This document shows positions 25,790 through 37,505 of a stretch of DNA of 61,507 bases, one piece after another. Below the pieces are notes generated by a model that made no database searches, had not been told where the DNA came from, and saw only the letters and a list, made by a program, of their open reading frames with translations. A program made the translations under genes and the position numbers. Source of the DNA: Chiloscyllium plagiosum (Eukaryota); NCBI RefSeq assembly GCF_004010195.1, contig NC_057746.1:28987861-29049367 (forward strand), given 5' to 3'. Numbering within the stretch: the first letter of the stretch is position 1; each line of letters opens with the position of its first letter.

Positions 25790-27378
25790 CTCCGCTTATC
25801 TTGACTCCTTCCTGTTCACCTTCATCCAGGAACTTCCCAGTTACATTCGAGACACGTTCCATGCCTTCCACTTCCTCCATGATTTCCGATTCCCCAGCCC
25901 TCAACACCTCATCTTCACCATGGAAGACCTTCTGCACCTGTATTCTCTATGAGGAAGATTTAAAAGCCACTACACCAACACCTTCCACCCTGACCTTAAA
26001 TTCACTTGGACCATCTCCAACCCTCCTTCCCCTTCCTGCACCTGTCCATCTCCGGCGACTGGCTCAACACTGACATCTACTTCAAATCCACCAACTCCCA
26101 CAGCTTCCTTGATTACACTTCCTACCATCCCACCTCCTGTAACAATATGATCCTTTACTCCCAATTCCTCGGCCTTTGCTGTGTCTGCTCTCAGGATGAG
26201 CAAGTCCATCCCCAGATGTCCCTCTACCTCAAGGTCCGTAATTTCCCCTCCCCTGTGATCGACTGTCCCTTAAATTGTGTCTCCTCCATTTCCCGCACTA
26301 CTGCCTATGCTACGTCATCCCCCTAACCACAACAAGGATAGAATCCCTCTTATCATCACTTTCCATCCCACTAATCTCCAAATCCTACGTATAATCCTTC
26401 GCTATTTTCACCACCTATAATCAGATCCCACCACCAAAAATACATTTCCCACCGCCGCTCAATTTGTGTTCAGTAGGGACCGTTCCTTCCATAACTCCCT
26501 CATTAGGTCCACACTACTCATCAAACCCCTCAGTATCTGGCAACTTCTTCTACTGCTGTAAGAGGTGCAAAGCTTGTGCCCACACTTCCTCCATCCAAGG
26601 CTGCAAAGCTTCATTCCAAATCTGGCAGAGATTTACTCGTATATCCTCGGACCTCATTTACTGCAGATATTGGTCTCGATGAGGTCTCCTCTATATGAGA
26701 GAGACTGAACACAAACACGCAGAACTGTTCAGGGCTCATCTCTGGTCTGTATGCACCAACCGAACTCACTTTCTGGTGGCCATTCACTTCAAAAGCCTCT
26801 CCCATATCTCGATGACATGTCTATACTAAGCCTCCTCCACAGCCAAAAGGCCACCCACAAATTGGAGGAAGAATAACTTCCACCTCGAGAGTCTCCAACC
26901 ACATGGCCTCAACATTGACTTCACCAGTTTCCAAATCTCCCCTCCACCCCAACCCCATCCCAGATTCAATTCTCTGACTTCACACCACCCTCTTGACCCA
27001 TTCCTGTTGAAGGACTTTTGCCGGAAACTTCGATTTTCCTGCTTCTCGGATGCTGCCTGACCTTCTTTGCTTTTCCAGCACCACTCTAATCTTGACTCTG
27101 ATCTCCAGCATCAGCAGTCCTTACTTTCGCCTACCTGGGTCCATCTTCCTTTCCATATATCCGGTCCACACTTCATACCAACCTACCATCATCACCTCTT
27201 CCCTGCATCCATCTATTACCATCCCACCTACTATTTTCCTAGCCCCACTCTCCCTCCTCCTATTTATTTTTCAGCTCCCTTCCCCTTCCCAGTCCTGATG
27301 AAGGGCTATGCCTGAAATGTTGATGTTCTTGCTCCTCAGATGTTATCTGATCTGCTGTCTTTATCCAGCACCACACTT
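25790..27378 (+). mobile_element. Penelope-like element: RT C-terminus, GIY-YIG and tandem family A tails
   Basis: PFLHLSISGDWLNTDIYFKSTNSHSFLDYTSYHP (PLE RT thumb), LIYC GIY-YIG start, two direct tails at ~27002 and ~27293. Confidence 0.8.
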
Positions 27379-28425
27379 TAATTGAGAATATCTGAGGCAT
27401 GGTTAGTAAGTTTGCAGATGACATCAAAACTAGTTGTCTAGTGGATGATGAAGAAGGATATCTAAAATTATAAAGAGATCTTGACAATTGGGCCAATGGA
27501 CTGATGAGTGACAGATGGAATTTAATTTGGATAAGTGCAAGATATCGCATTTTGTTTTCACAAACAAGGGAATGACTTATGCAATTAATAATAGGGCCAT
27601 GGGTAGAACTTAGAGAACAAAGGGTTCAGGTAGATTATTATTTGAAATTTGCAACATAAGTAGATAGAGTGGTTAGGAAGGCATTTAGCATGCTTGCCTT
27701 CACTGCTCAGATTTTTGAGTATAGATGATGGGACATTATGTTGAGGTTGTACAGGATATTGCCTCTTGTCACCCAGTTCTGTTTGGAGAAAGTTGTCACC
27801 CAGTTCTGTTCTGCAGATGCTGGAGATCAGATTCAGGAGTGTGGTGCTGGTAAAGCACAGCAGGTCAGGCAGCATCTGAGGAGCAGGAGAATCAATGTAT
27901 AGGGTGTAAGCCCTTCATCAGGAATCCAGTTCCAGTTGCCTTGTTATAGGAAGGCTATTATTAAACTGCAGGGAAGGATGCCCGGAGGCATGGTACATTG
28001 GGGAAACCGAGCAAAGGCTACGACAACGAATGAATGGGCACCGCATAACAATCAACAGACAGGAGGGTTCCCTCCCAGTTGGAGAACACTTCAGTGGTCC
28101 AGGACATTCAGCCTCGGACCTTCGGGTGACCATCCTCCAAGGTGGACTTCGGGACAGGCAGCAGAGGAAAGTGGCCGAGCAGAGGCTGATAGCTAAGTTC
28201 GGTACCCAGAGGGAGGGTCTCAACCGGGACCTTGGATTCATGTCACCTTGGCGATTACCTTGGTGATCACCTTGGGACCTTGGTGATTACAGGTGATCAC
28301 CATTGCACTACACACACACACACGGATATTCCTACACACACACACTCTCACATACACACGGGGGGTGTACAAAGTTAAAAATCACACAACACCAGGTTAT
28401 AGTCCAACAGGTTTAATTGGAAGCA

Positions 28426-28460
28426 CACTAGCTTTCGGAGCGACACTCCTTCATCAGGTG
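28426..28460 (-). ncRNA. Minimal type I hammerhead ribozyme motif (family B, antisense arm)
   Basis: Minus strand cac CUGAUGA a ggagu guc gcucc GAAA gcU A gug; one G-U pair in stem II. Confidence 0.6.
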
Positions 28461-28837
28461 ATTGCGGAGGGCTCGTTCGTAACACAGAATTTATAGCAAA
28501 AATTTGCAGTGTGATGTAACTGAAATTATACATTGAAGAATTGATTGTTTGTTAAGCCTTTCATCTGTTAGAATACAGTGATAGTTTCACTTCTTTCATG
28601 TGTAAATCACAAAACCCTTTTTTTTAAAAGTTGCATTTTCAGGTTAACTGTTAACCCGAGAATGCAACTTTAAAAAAATAGGGTTTTGTGATTTACACAT
28701 GAAAGAAGTGAAACTATCACTGTATTCTAACAAATGAAAGGCTTAACAGACAATCAATTTTTCAATGTATAATTTCAGTTACATCACACTGCAAATTTTT
28801 GCTATAAATTCTGTGTTACGATCGAGCCCTCCACAAT

Positions 28838-28872
28838 CACCTGATGAAGGAGCGTCGCTCCGAAAGCTAGTG
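28838..28872 (+). ncRNA. Minimal type I hammerhead ribozyme motif (family B)
   Basis: Stem I cac/gug, core CUGAUGA(+A), stem II GGAGC/GCUCC, GAAA, palindromic AGCU stem III, predicted cleavage after CUA at 28869. Confidence 0.68.
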
Positions 28873-29900
28873 TGCTTCCAATTAAACCTGTTGGACTATA
28901 TCCTGGTGTTGTGTGATTTTTAACATTATTAAACTGGATAGGGTTCAGAAAAGATTTAGCAGGAATTTGCGGGTGTGGAGGGTTTGAGTTATTAAAATAG
29001 GGTAAATAGGTTGAGACATCTTTACTGACATAACCAATCTGAAAATTAGAAAGAACCTCTGAATTTATTATTCAAAAGCCAGAGCTTTCAGCTACAGGTA
29101 AATATAAATAAGTTGATTTTCTTCAGTCTTAAAGGGGCTTTTACAGCAGAGAACAGCGAACAGAGACAGCTCCTGAGCTGTTGGAAATCTGAAGATTTCT
29201 TTGTATTTTGTTCATAGCCCCAAGGTGTGCAGCTTCCTGAGAACCAGTCACATCATTGTTGGCAGGCTTTTGTCATCAGTAACTGGCCACTAATCTACAA
29301 GCCAATCAGCTTCTTGTTGCTGGCTCAGTCGCCATTTGTAAACCCTATTTCGGGCACCAGCTCATCTGCAACTTCTCCTACTACTGCTGGAACCAGCAGC
29401 TTTGTAAACAGTGTTTAAAATGAGTCGGGTTACTTGCTTTCGAAAACAGTCATCCTTGGTTTTAAAACATTTCAGACTATTTCAGATTGCAATAAAATAA
29501 AAAGATACAGTTTTTACCTTGTTGAACAGTGTATCACTAAGTCTGATTTATATTTCTTTGTCTCCTCTCCTTAACCAATACAATCACGTTAGCTTCATTT
29601 TTGAGGTGTGAGTGGTGACAATACTATACTGCAATCTAAGTTGGGAAATTGTCCTCCACTTTGCCTTCTGGTCAATGTGTTTATCTTTGACCCAAACTCA
29701 GTTTGGTACCAAAGCAAAGACAGAGCAAAAGGCTCCTCTCCTCTCTCCAACTCCCAAATTCCCAATGATCATTTCAAGCATTGGAAGACAAAATTGATAG
29801 CTAGAAGTACAGTTCTGCAGTGATCTAACCAAGTGGCATAGGGTGCCATGCTTTGGGGCCTACCCCCACAACCCCCTTCCTAATGTCTCTGTGATTGCAG

Positions 29901-30185
29901 GTATGGGTCAGCAACCCTGGATTGAGATGGAGGGCCAAATGGGCAATAGCATCAGACTGGGCTGCAGATCCGAAGGCTGGTACCCAGAGCCGCCCATCCT
30001 GTGGGTGAATGGAGATGGAGTGAACATGACGGCCCAGCAGGAAACCACATACCAGCCAGACAATCAGGGGCTGTTCATTGTCAGCAGCTCCATCGAGATC
30101 TCCAAACACTCCCTGAACAAATATACTTGTCTCATTCACAACGTGATCCTGAAGGAGTCACGGGAGGCTCACATCCAGATTGCAG
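29901..30185 (+). CDS. Butyrophilin-like protein, IgC exon
   Basis: GMGQQPWI...IRLGCRSEGWYPEPPILW...GLFIVSS...YTCLIHN...IQIA matches the BTN IgC motif CxSxGWYPxP; 285 nt, phase 1-1, ttgcag| and |gtctgt. Confidence 0.92.
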
Positions 30186-31587
30186 GTCTGTCATAATAGG
30201 AAAAGAGCTTCACAGATACTCAGCAGGCTGGGTGAAAGAACATGAATCTGACGGTAGAGAAATATAAAATCCCGAGGAAATTCCATGACTGAAACAGGCT
30301 CCTCATGACCCTAATAGGCCACAGTTGCTGATAATAGACTAATCTAGGCTCTTCAGACCTCACATAACAACAACAGACACCTCATAGTGAGGGTGTCTTG
30401 GAGATAGAGTCAGGCTGTAATGGAGGAAGAGGCAGTGAAGGAGATGGGGGAAGAGGGAGAGCCAGTGATGGGGATACAGGCTGTGATGGCGGGGGAAGAG
30501 TGGGGTTGTGAAAGGTTGGGGTGTATTGGAGAAAAGGAAAGAGGTCTAATCTGGGAATAGCATGTGAGAGTGGGTTTGGGTGAACTTATTCTCAAGTAGT
30601 TGACTGTTCTCTCCCCCTTCTCTCTGTGAGATCGTGTTTAATAATGACCAAGATTAGTGCATGGAGAAAATACCCTCTTTATTAAGCATCTGCAGTAGCA
30701 TATTTTGAGAGGGCGATGGAATCCAAAGTACTGTTTTACAATAGCCTCTTTATACACAGTTCTTAGACTCATTAAGATTTTAGCACAATGGCATTGCATA
30801 GTTGCATTCAATTTATACAAAAGTTTGTGTGACATCTGTCCTGGGGAAGCAGCAGATGGTTTAAACACTTGCTAAACGCTGACTGTTACTCCTGATGGGA
30901 ATTGAATGTCTGTCCAATCTGAGCTTGCATAATTAAGAGGCATTAATCCTTTTGTCTTTCAAGTCTTTCAAGTAAAAATACTAAACCTACATGATCAAAA
31001 TAAGTAAGAAATTATACATGTACTAAATAAAGGACTAGAGAATATTAAACTGATCTCAGCAGCTGGTTTGTGAGATTTCATGCCAGTTTTGACATTCATT
31101 CATGAAGTTTCAAGGATGCGCTGTTTTGACAGTAAGCTTCTTAAATGGATAGCAGGCCTACTTAATATTGTATGAAAAGGCACATGCCAGTGGAGGACTC
31201 TATTTGATGTTTTGCAATCTATTCAGATCCTGAGAGACAGTTATTAAGCACTGATTAACATTATAATCTGTCCTTAATTTGAGTAAGTTATGGAGACATG
31301 TTGGTAGTGTGGCATTTTTCTGAGTAGGTTACGGTACACTTATTCTGGGATAACCTTTGATACAGAGACAAGTCTGCTTAAAGCATAGGACCAATACAAA
31401 TTGAAAGGTGGAAAGAAGCAGTAATGGGTTGGAAGGGATGTTTTAATTTAGTTTGTCTTGTAATAGTAAAACCACAGTTTAATGAATGAATGTAGATGTG
31501 GTGTAGTAAACATAGTGTGTTTGTGAATGAGTTGGTAAAGAGAATTATAATGCAATATCTCACATCTCTCTCTCTCTCTCTGCACAG

Positions 31588-31704
31588 ATGTCTTCTTCCT
31601 CAAGTCAGAAGTGACGGTGATACTCTTGATCATTGTTTCATTTTTGGCTGGAACATTAATTTCTTCGTCATGCTGGTGCTTTCAGCATTTTAAATCAATA
31701 AAAG
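31588..31704 (+). CDS. Butyrophilin-like protein, transmembrane exon (DVFFLKSEVTVILLIIVSFLAGTLISSSCWCFQHFKSIK)
   Basis: (ct)n tract + gcacag acceptor, 117 nt open phase 1-1, IxIAD-xFF junction typical of BTN, 24-residue hydrophobic span, donor aag|gtgaca. Confidence 0.85.
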
Positions 31705-32063
31705 GTGACAAATTAAGCCACTGAATGAAACAGTGATGGGGTTGAGGGGTACAGGGAACTGCACTGGGACTGACTCACTTCCTGATATACTGAGTGGGAC
31801 CAGACTGCCCTCCACCCCCTCCACCTCCCCTACCACTCTTTCTGCCCTTCTTCACTCCTCGTTCATCTTCTCCCCACCTTTCCTCCATTCTCTTCTCATT
31901 TCCTCCCTCCTCATTTTCCATCCCACTTCACAATCTTCCTTCTCCTCCTATTCACCCTCCTTTCTCTTCCTCCTCCTCCTATCCATTCTTACCCTTCTTC
32001 CACTTTGTTTACACCTCTCCTTCACCTCCTTCTGCACATCCCCACTTGCTAATTTTCAACCAG

Positions 32064-32104
32064 ATCAGAGACCAGGGGATAGGATGATCCCATTGATATC
32101 CTGA
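32064..32104 (+). CDS. Candidate cytoplasmic exon with in-frame stop (DQRPGDRMIPLIS*); exon 32064-32111
   Basis: ~258 nt AG-free pyrimidine tract, branch-like ctaat, cag acceptor, donor gg|gtatgc at 32112, 48 nt symmetric phase-1 exon containing TGA at 32102-32104. Confidence 0.45.
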
Positions 32105-32580
32105 TCATGGGGTATGCATGTCCAGGCAATAGTAACACTTCCAAGATTTCAGCCACACTTCTAACAAAACATCAAATGGATATTTTGTTTTTATCATCTC
32201 AATAAGGAGTTTTGAATTTTTTCCATCTGTCAGCAACAAATAAAGAAAGGTGAGAAATTGAAACAAATTTTGTAAAAAAAATGGTGGGGCAGTATACCAC
32301 AGGAAAGAGAAAGACATAGTGGGGGCAACTTTGACAGGTATCAGATAATGGTGAGAGAGAAACATTTTTTGCAGCAATATATTGATTGGAAGTTTCTTAA
32401 CTCCACATTCAATCCAACTCTTCTGCACTGATTGTGGGGCTAATGTGATTCACCTGAGGGCTATAAACCAAGTACTAGGTGGGAAGTGGATTTGGGCCTC
32501 TGTCATTCTAGGATTAAGAGTAGGACAAGTGTCATTCTGGTTACTGCAAGCCCTGATCACACCTTTTCTTAACATTTCAG

Positions 32581-32607
32581 AGACCCGTAAGCGAGCAAGG
32601 AAAGCAG
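32581..32607 (+). CDS. BTN-like cytoplasmic mini-exon, 27 nt (ETRKRARKA)
   Basis: tttcag| ... cag|gtgagt, symmetric phase 1, size typical of BTN juxtamembrane exons. Confidence 0.72.
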
Positions 32608-33638
32608 GTGAGTTATGACAACACATGGGTGACACTGTGACTTTTCAGATGATAATGTTTCATTCAGTCTCGGATTGTCAGAACACAATTGAAAATAATG
32701 GTACGGTCACTGAAATTAACCGACCAAGTTTATAAACAACAGTTGAAGCCCAATCACATAAATCGAACCATCAAAGCCAACACTAAATTATAATGCTCTC
32801 CTGTTACAATGTGTGGAGTGGACAGGCTAATTCAGCCAATTCTTCAATGTGAGCTGTCACGTTCACTGTTCTCAGAACCAGGGTCGCTGAAAAAATGCTG
32901 TTCTCGGGGTTTCCTGAGCTGACAGAAACACATTCTAGAACTGGGATTCAGTGGATTTCCAAAAGTACATGTTTATATTCACTTATGGAATGTGGGTGCT
33001 CTGATGGAAAACAGCATTTGAGAAACTGTTCACTCCCCTGTGCTAACACCAGTGTTTGGCTTGACCAAGTGGTGGTCCTGGGGATTAGGTAGATGCCTCT
33101 ATGTTGGTGAGGTTTGCAGTGTAGTTACAGCTGGCACAGATGGCTGTCTGATGAATTGGTGTTATCCTATCCATTACTCCAACTTGGAATGGTCCATTGG
33201 ACACTGCTGGTTGCATATGGTTGAGTAAGACTGAGTAATGGAGAACTGAGCTTAGAGCAGAGGATTCAGTGCAGAGAGCAGAGAGGAGCAAAGGATTGGA
33301 GTCAAAGATAATGTTGACATTGCAAAATTTCAATCTGTAATCAGTACCTCCTTGTTTGTTACAGCACACCAATAATTCAAGAAAAAAGTTATGTGCTTTT
33401 ACCAGAATTTTCATTGATGTTGATGGTCAATTCAGAGTAAAGACAGACTGACTGTGATTGTTTTTTGATTGGTGCTCTGACGAGAAGGTTGTTCCTTCAA
33501 CACTACATCACTGTTTTGAATTTCAGGAATTATTCCTCTTACTGCTGGAAATGATTTAGTGCCTTTTTGTCACACTGAATAAAGATATTCTCTTTTATTG
33601 ATACTCCAATTACTCACATCTTGATTCTTATTTTACAG

Positions 33639-33662
33639 CTAAAAAGAAGAAAACTCAAGAAG
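33639..33662 (+). CDS. BTN-like cytoplasmic mini-exon, 24 nt (AKKKKTQE)
   Basis: ttttacag| ... aag|gtatgt, symmetric phase 1. Confidence 0.72.
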
Positions 33663-33808
33663 GTATGTAACAATGCCAGAGATTCTGACTGTAGACTTCC
33701 GTGACTTTAAACAGAGACAAAGTGATAGTGCCTTTTTGTCACACTGAATAAAGATATTCTGACTTTATTGGTACTCCAATTGCTCACATCTTGATTCTTA
33801 TTTTACAG

Positions 33809-33832
33809 CTAAAAAGAAGAAAGCTCAAGAAG
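33809..33832 (+). CDS. BTN-like cytoplasmic mini-exon, duplicated copy (AKKKKAQE)
   Basis: Same splice sites as 33639-33662, one non-synonymous change. Confidence 0.7.
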
Positions 33833-34371
33833 GTATGTAACAATGCCGGAGATTCTGACTGTAGACCTCCGTGACTTTAAACAGAGACAAAGTGATAGCG
33901 TGAACCTACAACAAACATTGTAAACGGAGGCCTGGGTCAGCAACTCAGTGAAGGAATCACTTACTCATCCACCTTGTTTCCAATTGCAGTGGGGAATATG
34001 CAACCTGGAAGAGACCAAATTGGAAATTTAGCAGCAGACAGCACATACTTTCTTCAGTTTTCAACCTACATCCTTAATTTTTCCTTCTCACTGTCTCTTT
34101 TTCATGTCAGCTTGCCTTTCACCTACACCAAGTGCTCACTCTGTGCTTCCTTTCCCTCTTTAATTTGCTTGTTTCCATTTCTCCCATTTCCCTGTATTCT
34201 TATCCCCCATTTGCTCTTCCCTTCCTCCTCCTCTCTCTAATGTTCTGGTTCTCTTTCTGTTCAGCTTCCCTTACTTTTCTTCTCTGTATCTCTCTGTCTG
34301 CCTTCTCTCACATGCTCGTCCTCTTGTCTCATTTCTTCTGTCTTTCTTCCCACCAACTTCTCTGTACCCAG

Positions 34372-34397
34372 AGAGCTGCACAGTGATTGATATATGA
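34372..34397 (+). CDS. Candidate alternative terminal exon of BTN-like gene (ESCTVIDI*)
   Basis: ~300 nt pyrimidine tract, cccag acceptor, phase-1 frame to TGA, aataaa at 34534-34539. Confidence 0.42.
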
Positions 34398-34616
34398 TTA
34401 AAAACAGAATGCTGAAGAAACACATTTCATTTATCTCTGATCCTTAACTTGCACAACTAACAAGATACAGATCGGTTGGCCAAGGATTAGATATATGTCC
34501 TAATATATGATATATGATTCATTAAAATTAATGAATAAATAACAAAATATGAACAATTATTAATACAGAGAATACTACCGGTTAAGACAAGAGACATATT
34601 CCGTCTCAGCTTCAGA

Positions 34617-34750
34617 GTTCTGAGGAAGGTCACTGGACTTGAAACGATAATTCTGTTTTCTCACGACATTGCTGCCAGACCTACTGAATATCTCCAGCAT
34701 TATGTATTTTTGTGCTTTCAAATCTCTAGCATCTATAGTTGTTTCTTTGC
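34617..34750 (+). mobile_element. Penelope-like tail (family C) with hammerhead-like core
   Basis: ctgaggaaggtcactggacttgaaacg...gctgccagacc. Confidence 0.6.
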
Positions 34751-35800
34751 AGCTTCACAGTTTTTGGTTCCTTCACTGAGTTGCTGACCCAGGCCTCCGT
34801 TTACAATGTTTGTTGTAGGATCACGCTATCACTTTGTCTCTAAAGTCACGGAGGTCTACAGTCAGGAGACAGGCCTTTCAGCACAACTTGCCCATGCTGC
34901 CCAGTTTTCACAGTTATACTAGTCCTATTTGTCTGCGTTTGATCCATGTCGCTCCATACCTATCTCATCCATGTACCTGTATAAATGTTTCTTAAATGAA
35001 AAAAATTACACTTACTTCCACCATTGCCTCTGGAGCTTGTTCCAGACACTCACACTTTGTGTGAAAAAATTGTCCCTCTGGACCCTTTTGTATCTGTCCC
35101 CCCTCATCTTAAATCTATGACCTGTATTTTAGAGCCCCCTACAATGGGATCTATTTGCCTTATCTATGCCTCTCGAGATTTTACAGCTCTCTATCAAATC
35201 AGAGTTTATATCTTCATCTGTGTCTTACCTTCATTGCTTGCCCATTGATGCTGAGCCAACCAGTGAACGACAACCCAACTTTTGATGTCATCTGCCCCAC
35301 CTTACTGAGCTGTATACTGCTAGCTCCACATTTCACTTTGTTCAGTTGAATCCAGCAAATATCCACCAGTTAGGATGCCTTGGCTTTATAGCTTTTTGCC
35401 ATGTTTCTTATCTGACATGAAGAAAAGAATGTCCTGATTGCAAATATTCTGCAGATATAGTTTGCAATTATTAACCCCTTGTTTTTTGCAACTTAGCATT
35501 GCAGAGTTCACTGAGTCCAAAATCCACAGTCAGCGGGTCTGCAGCATCTGGGGAGCTGGACTTAATGTTTTGTCACCCTCTTGTCATTAGCATTGTCTCA
35601 TCCTTCATGAGTTACTTGTGAAGTATTAAAGGGCAGTATGTAAACACATAGATGTTAATTACTGATCAAAATCAGCATTGGAAAAAGGTGGAAATTGCAC
35701 CTAGATAAATGACTGGTTGTTACTCAAATTGTACATGTTGGTGACACTGTACAGCCGCTTGTTAGAGGTTTGAATATGCTAATTGTTTGTTTTACCAGCT

Positions 35801-36077
35801 GGGGCGGCACAGTGGCTCAGTGGTTAGCACTGCCGCCTGTCTGTGTGGAGTTTGCATATTCTCCCCGTGTCTGTGTGGGTTTCCTCCAGGTGCTCCAGTT
35901 TCCTCTCACAATCCAAAGCTGTGCAGGTCAGGTGAATTGGCCATGCTAAATTGCCCACAGTGTTAGTCAGGGGTAAATATAGGGTAGGGGAATGGGTTTG
36001 GGTGGGTTTCTCTCCGGAGGGGCGGTGTGGACGTGTTGGGATGAAGGGCCTATTTCCACACAGTAGAGAATCTAATT
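35801..36077 (+). mobile_element. HE1-type SINE (internally deleted)
   Basis: ggggcggcacagtggctcagtggttagcactgc and conserved core. Confidence 0.85.
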
Positions 36078-36346
36078 ATCAGAGGCTTCACTGTGAACGT
36101 GTTAAGTTGGGTATCAGTAAAAATCTGGCTTCACTCAATTAGCATGCAACCACATCTGCTTTTGTGAACAACTGCGATTTAATCTTTGAATTGAATTAGT
36201 TTATTGTCACATGCATTCAAATGAGTACAATGAAAAGTGTGTAAGTCGCCATCTACAGCACCATTTCAGGTACAAAAGTGCCTAAGGACAACTCCTTCAG
36301 TTACAATATTAGTTACAGTGTAACAATGTAAGCCAAACATGGCCAT

Positions 36347-37505
36347 TTTAGATACAGAGTACCTAGGTCCAAAGGACAGGACAGCACAGTACTGGCCCTT
36401 CAGCTCTTGATGTTGTACTGACCTCTTTTCCTACTCTAAGATCAGACTAACTTACATACCCTTCATTGTACTAACTTCCATGTACGTATGCAAGAGTCAA
36501 TTAAATGTCTCCAATGTATCTGATTCTACTACCACTGCTAACAATGCATTCCAGGCACCCACCACTCTCTGAGTAAAGAACCTATCTCTGACATTCCCCC
36601 TAAACCTTCTTTTAATCACCTCAAAATTATGCCGCCTCATGATAGACATTTCCACAAAGGGAAAAAGTCGCTGGCTATCCAGTCTATCTATGCCTTTCAA
36701 CATCTTTATCACCTCTATCAAGTCACCTCTCATCCTTCTTTGCTCCAATGCGAAAAAGCCTAGCTCTCTCAACCTTACTTCATAACACATGCCTCCAGTC
36801 CAGGCAGCATCCTGATAAATCTCCACTGCACCTTCTCTAAAGTTTCTACATCTTTCCAATAATGAGGCAATCAGAACTGAACACAATATTTCAAGTGTGG
36901 TCTAATCAAAAATCCATAGAGCTGCAGCATAACCTTGCGGTCCTTAAACTAAATCTCCTGCTAATGAAAGCCAACACAGCATATGCCTTCTTAACAACCC
37001 TGTCAACCTGGGTGGCAACTTAGAAGAATTTATAGACATGGACTCCAAGATCCCTCTGTTCCTCCACACTGCCTTTAACCCTGTATTCTGCATTCAAGTT
37101 CAACCTTCCAAAGTGAATAATTGCACAATTTTCCAGTTGAAATCCATCTGCTACTTATCAGTCCAGTCTGTATCTTGTCAATGTCTTGTTGCAACCTTCA
37201 ACAGCCCTCCACACTATTCACAACTTGAACAACCTTTGTAACATCTGCAAACTTACTAACCCACCCTTTCACTTCTTCATTCAAGTCATTTATAAAAATC
37301 ACAAAGAGTAGAGGTCCCAGAACTGATCCCTGCGGAACACCACTGGTCACCGAGCTCCAAGCTGAATTCTTTCCATCTACCACCACCCTCTGTCTTCTAT
37401 GGGTCAGCTAATTTTGTATCCAGACAGCCAGGTTTCCATGCATCCCATGCCTCCTTACTTTTTAATGAGCCTGCCATGGGGAACCTTATCGTGGACCTTG
37501 CTAAA
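36347..37505 (-). mobile_element. CR1-type LINE fragment
   Basis: [23 protein letters not shown]...KFAD; RRMRGDLIEVIKM. Confidence 0.9.

Larger units (their letters stand above)
27969..28924. mobile_element. Penelope-like element (family B): GIY-YIG fragment plus 551 bp near-perfect palindrome (28374-28924)
   Basis: 12 bp TSD attattaaactg (27957-27968, 28925-28936) inside a CR1 fragment; WYIGETEQRL.QRMNGHR...PVGEHF...EQRLIAKFGT..GLN; 275 bp arms around gttaac-t-gttaac at 28649. Confidence 0.9.
33557..33897 (+). repeat. Tandem duplication of ~170 bp carrying a mini-exon and both splice sites
   Basis: tagtgcctttttgtcacactgaataaagatattct...agagacaaagtgatag occurs at 33557 and 33726 with only a few differences. 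Confidence 0.95.
33855..34865. repeat. Intronic inverted repeat, arms 33855-33956 and 34768-34865
   Basis: Arms are reverse complements apart from one mismatch and a 4 nt indel; unique (non-TE) sequence from the second tandem unit. Confidence 0.92.

Noticed and set aside
28243-28300. Short accttgg tandem units and (ca)n
   Set aside because: Local slippage within the PLE 3' region; no further structure
31733-32104. Ser/Pro/Leu/Phe-rich ORFs (also 7229-7426, 33974-34386, 61138-61386)
   Set aside because: By-product of pyrimidine tracts lacking stop codons
32234-32249. 16 nt ag/gt-bounded segment as BTN mini-exon
   Set aside because: Not a multiple of three; would shift the frame relative to the other phase-1 exons
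33557-33897. Direct repeats as CRISPR-like array
   Set aside because: Two contiguous 170 bp units without spacers in eukaryotic intron context
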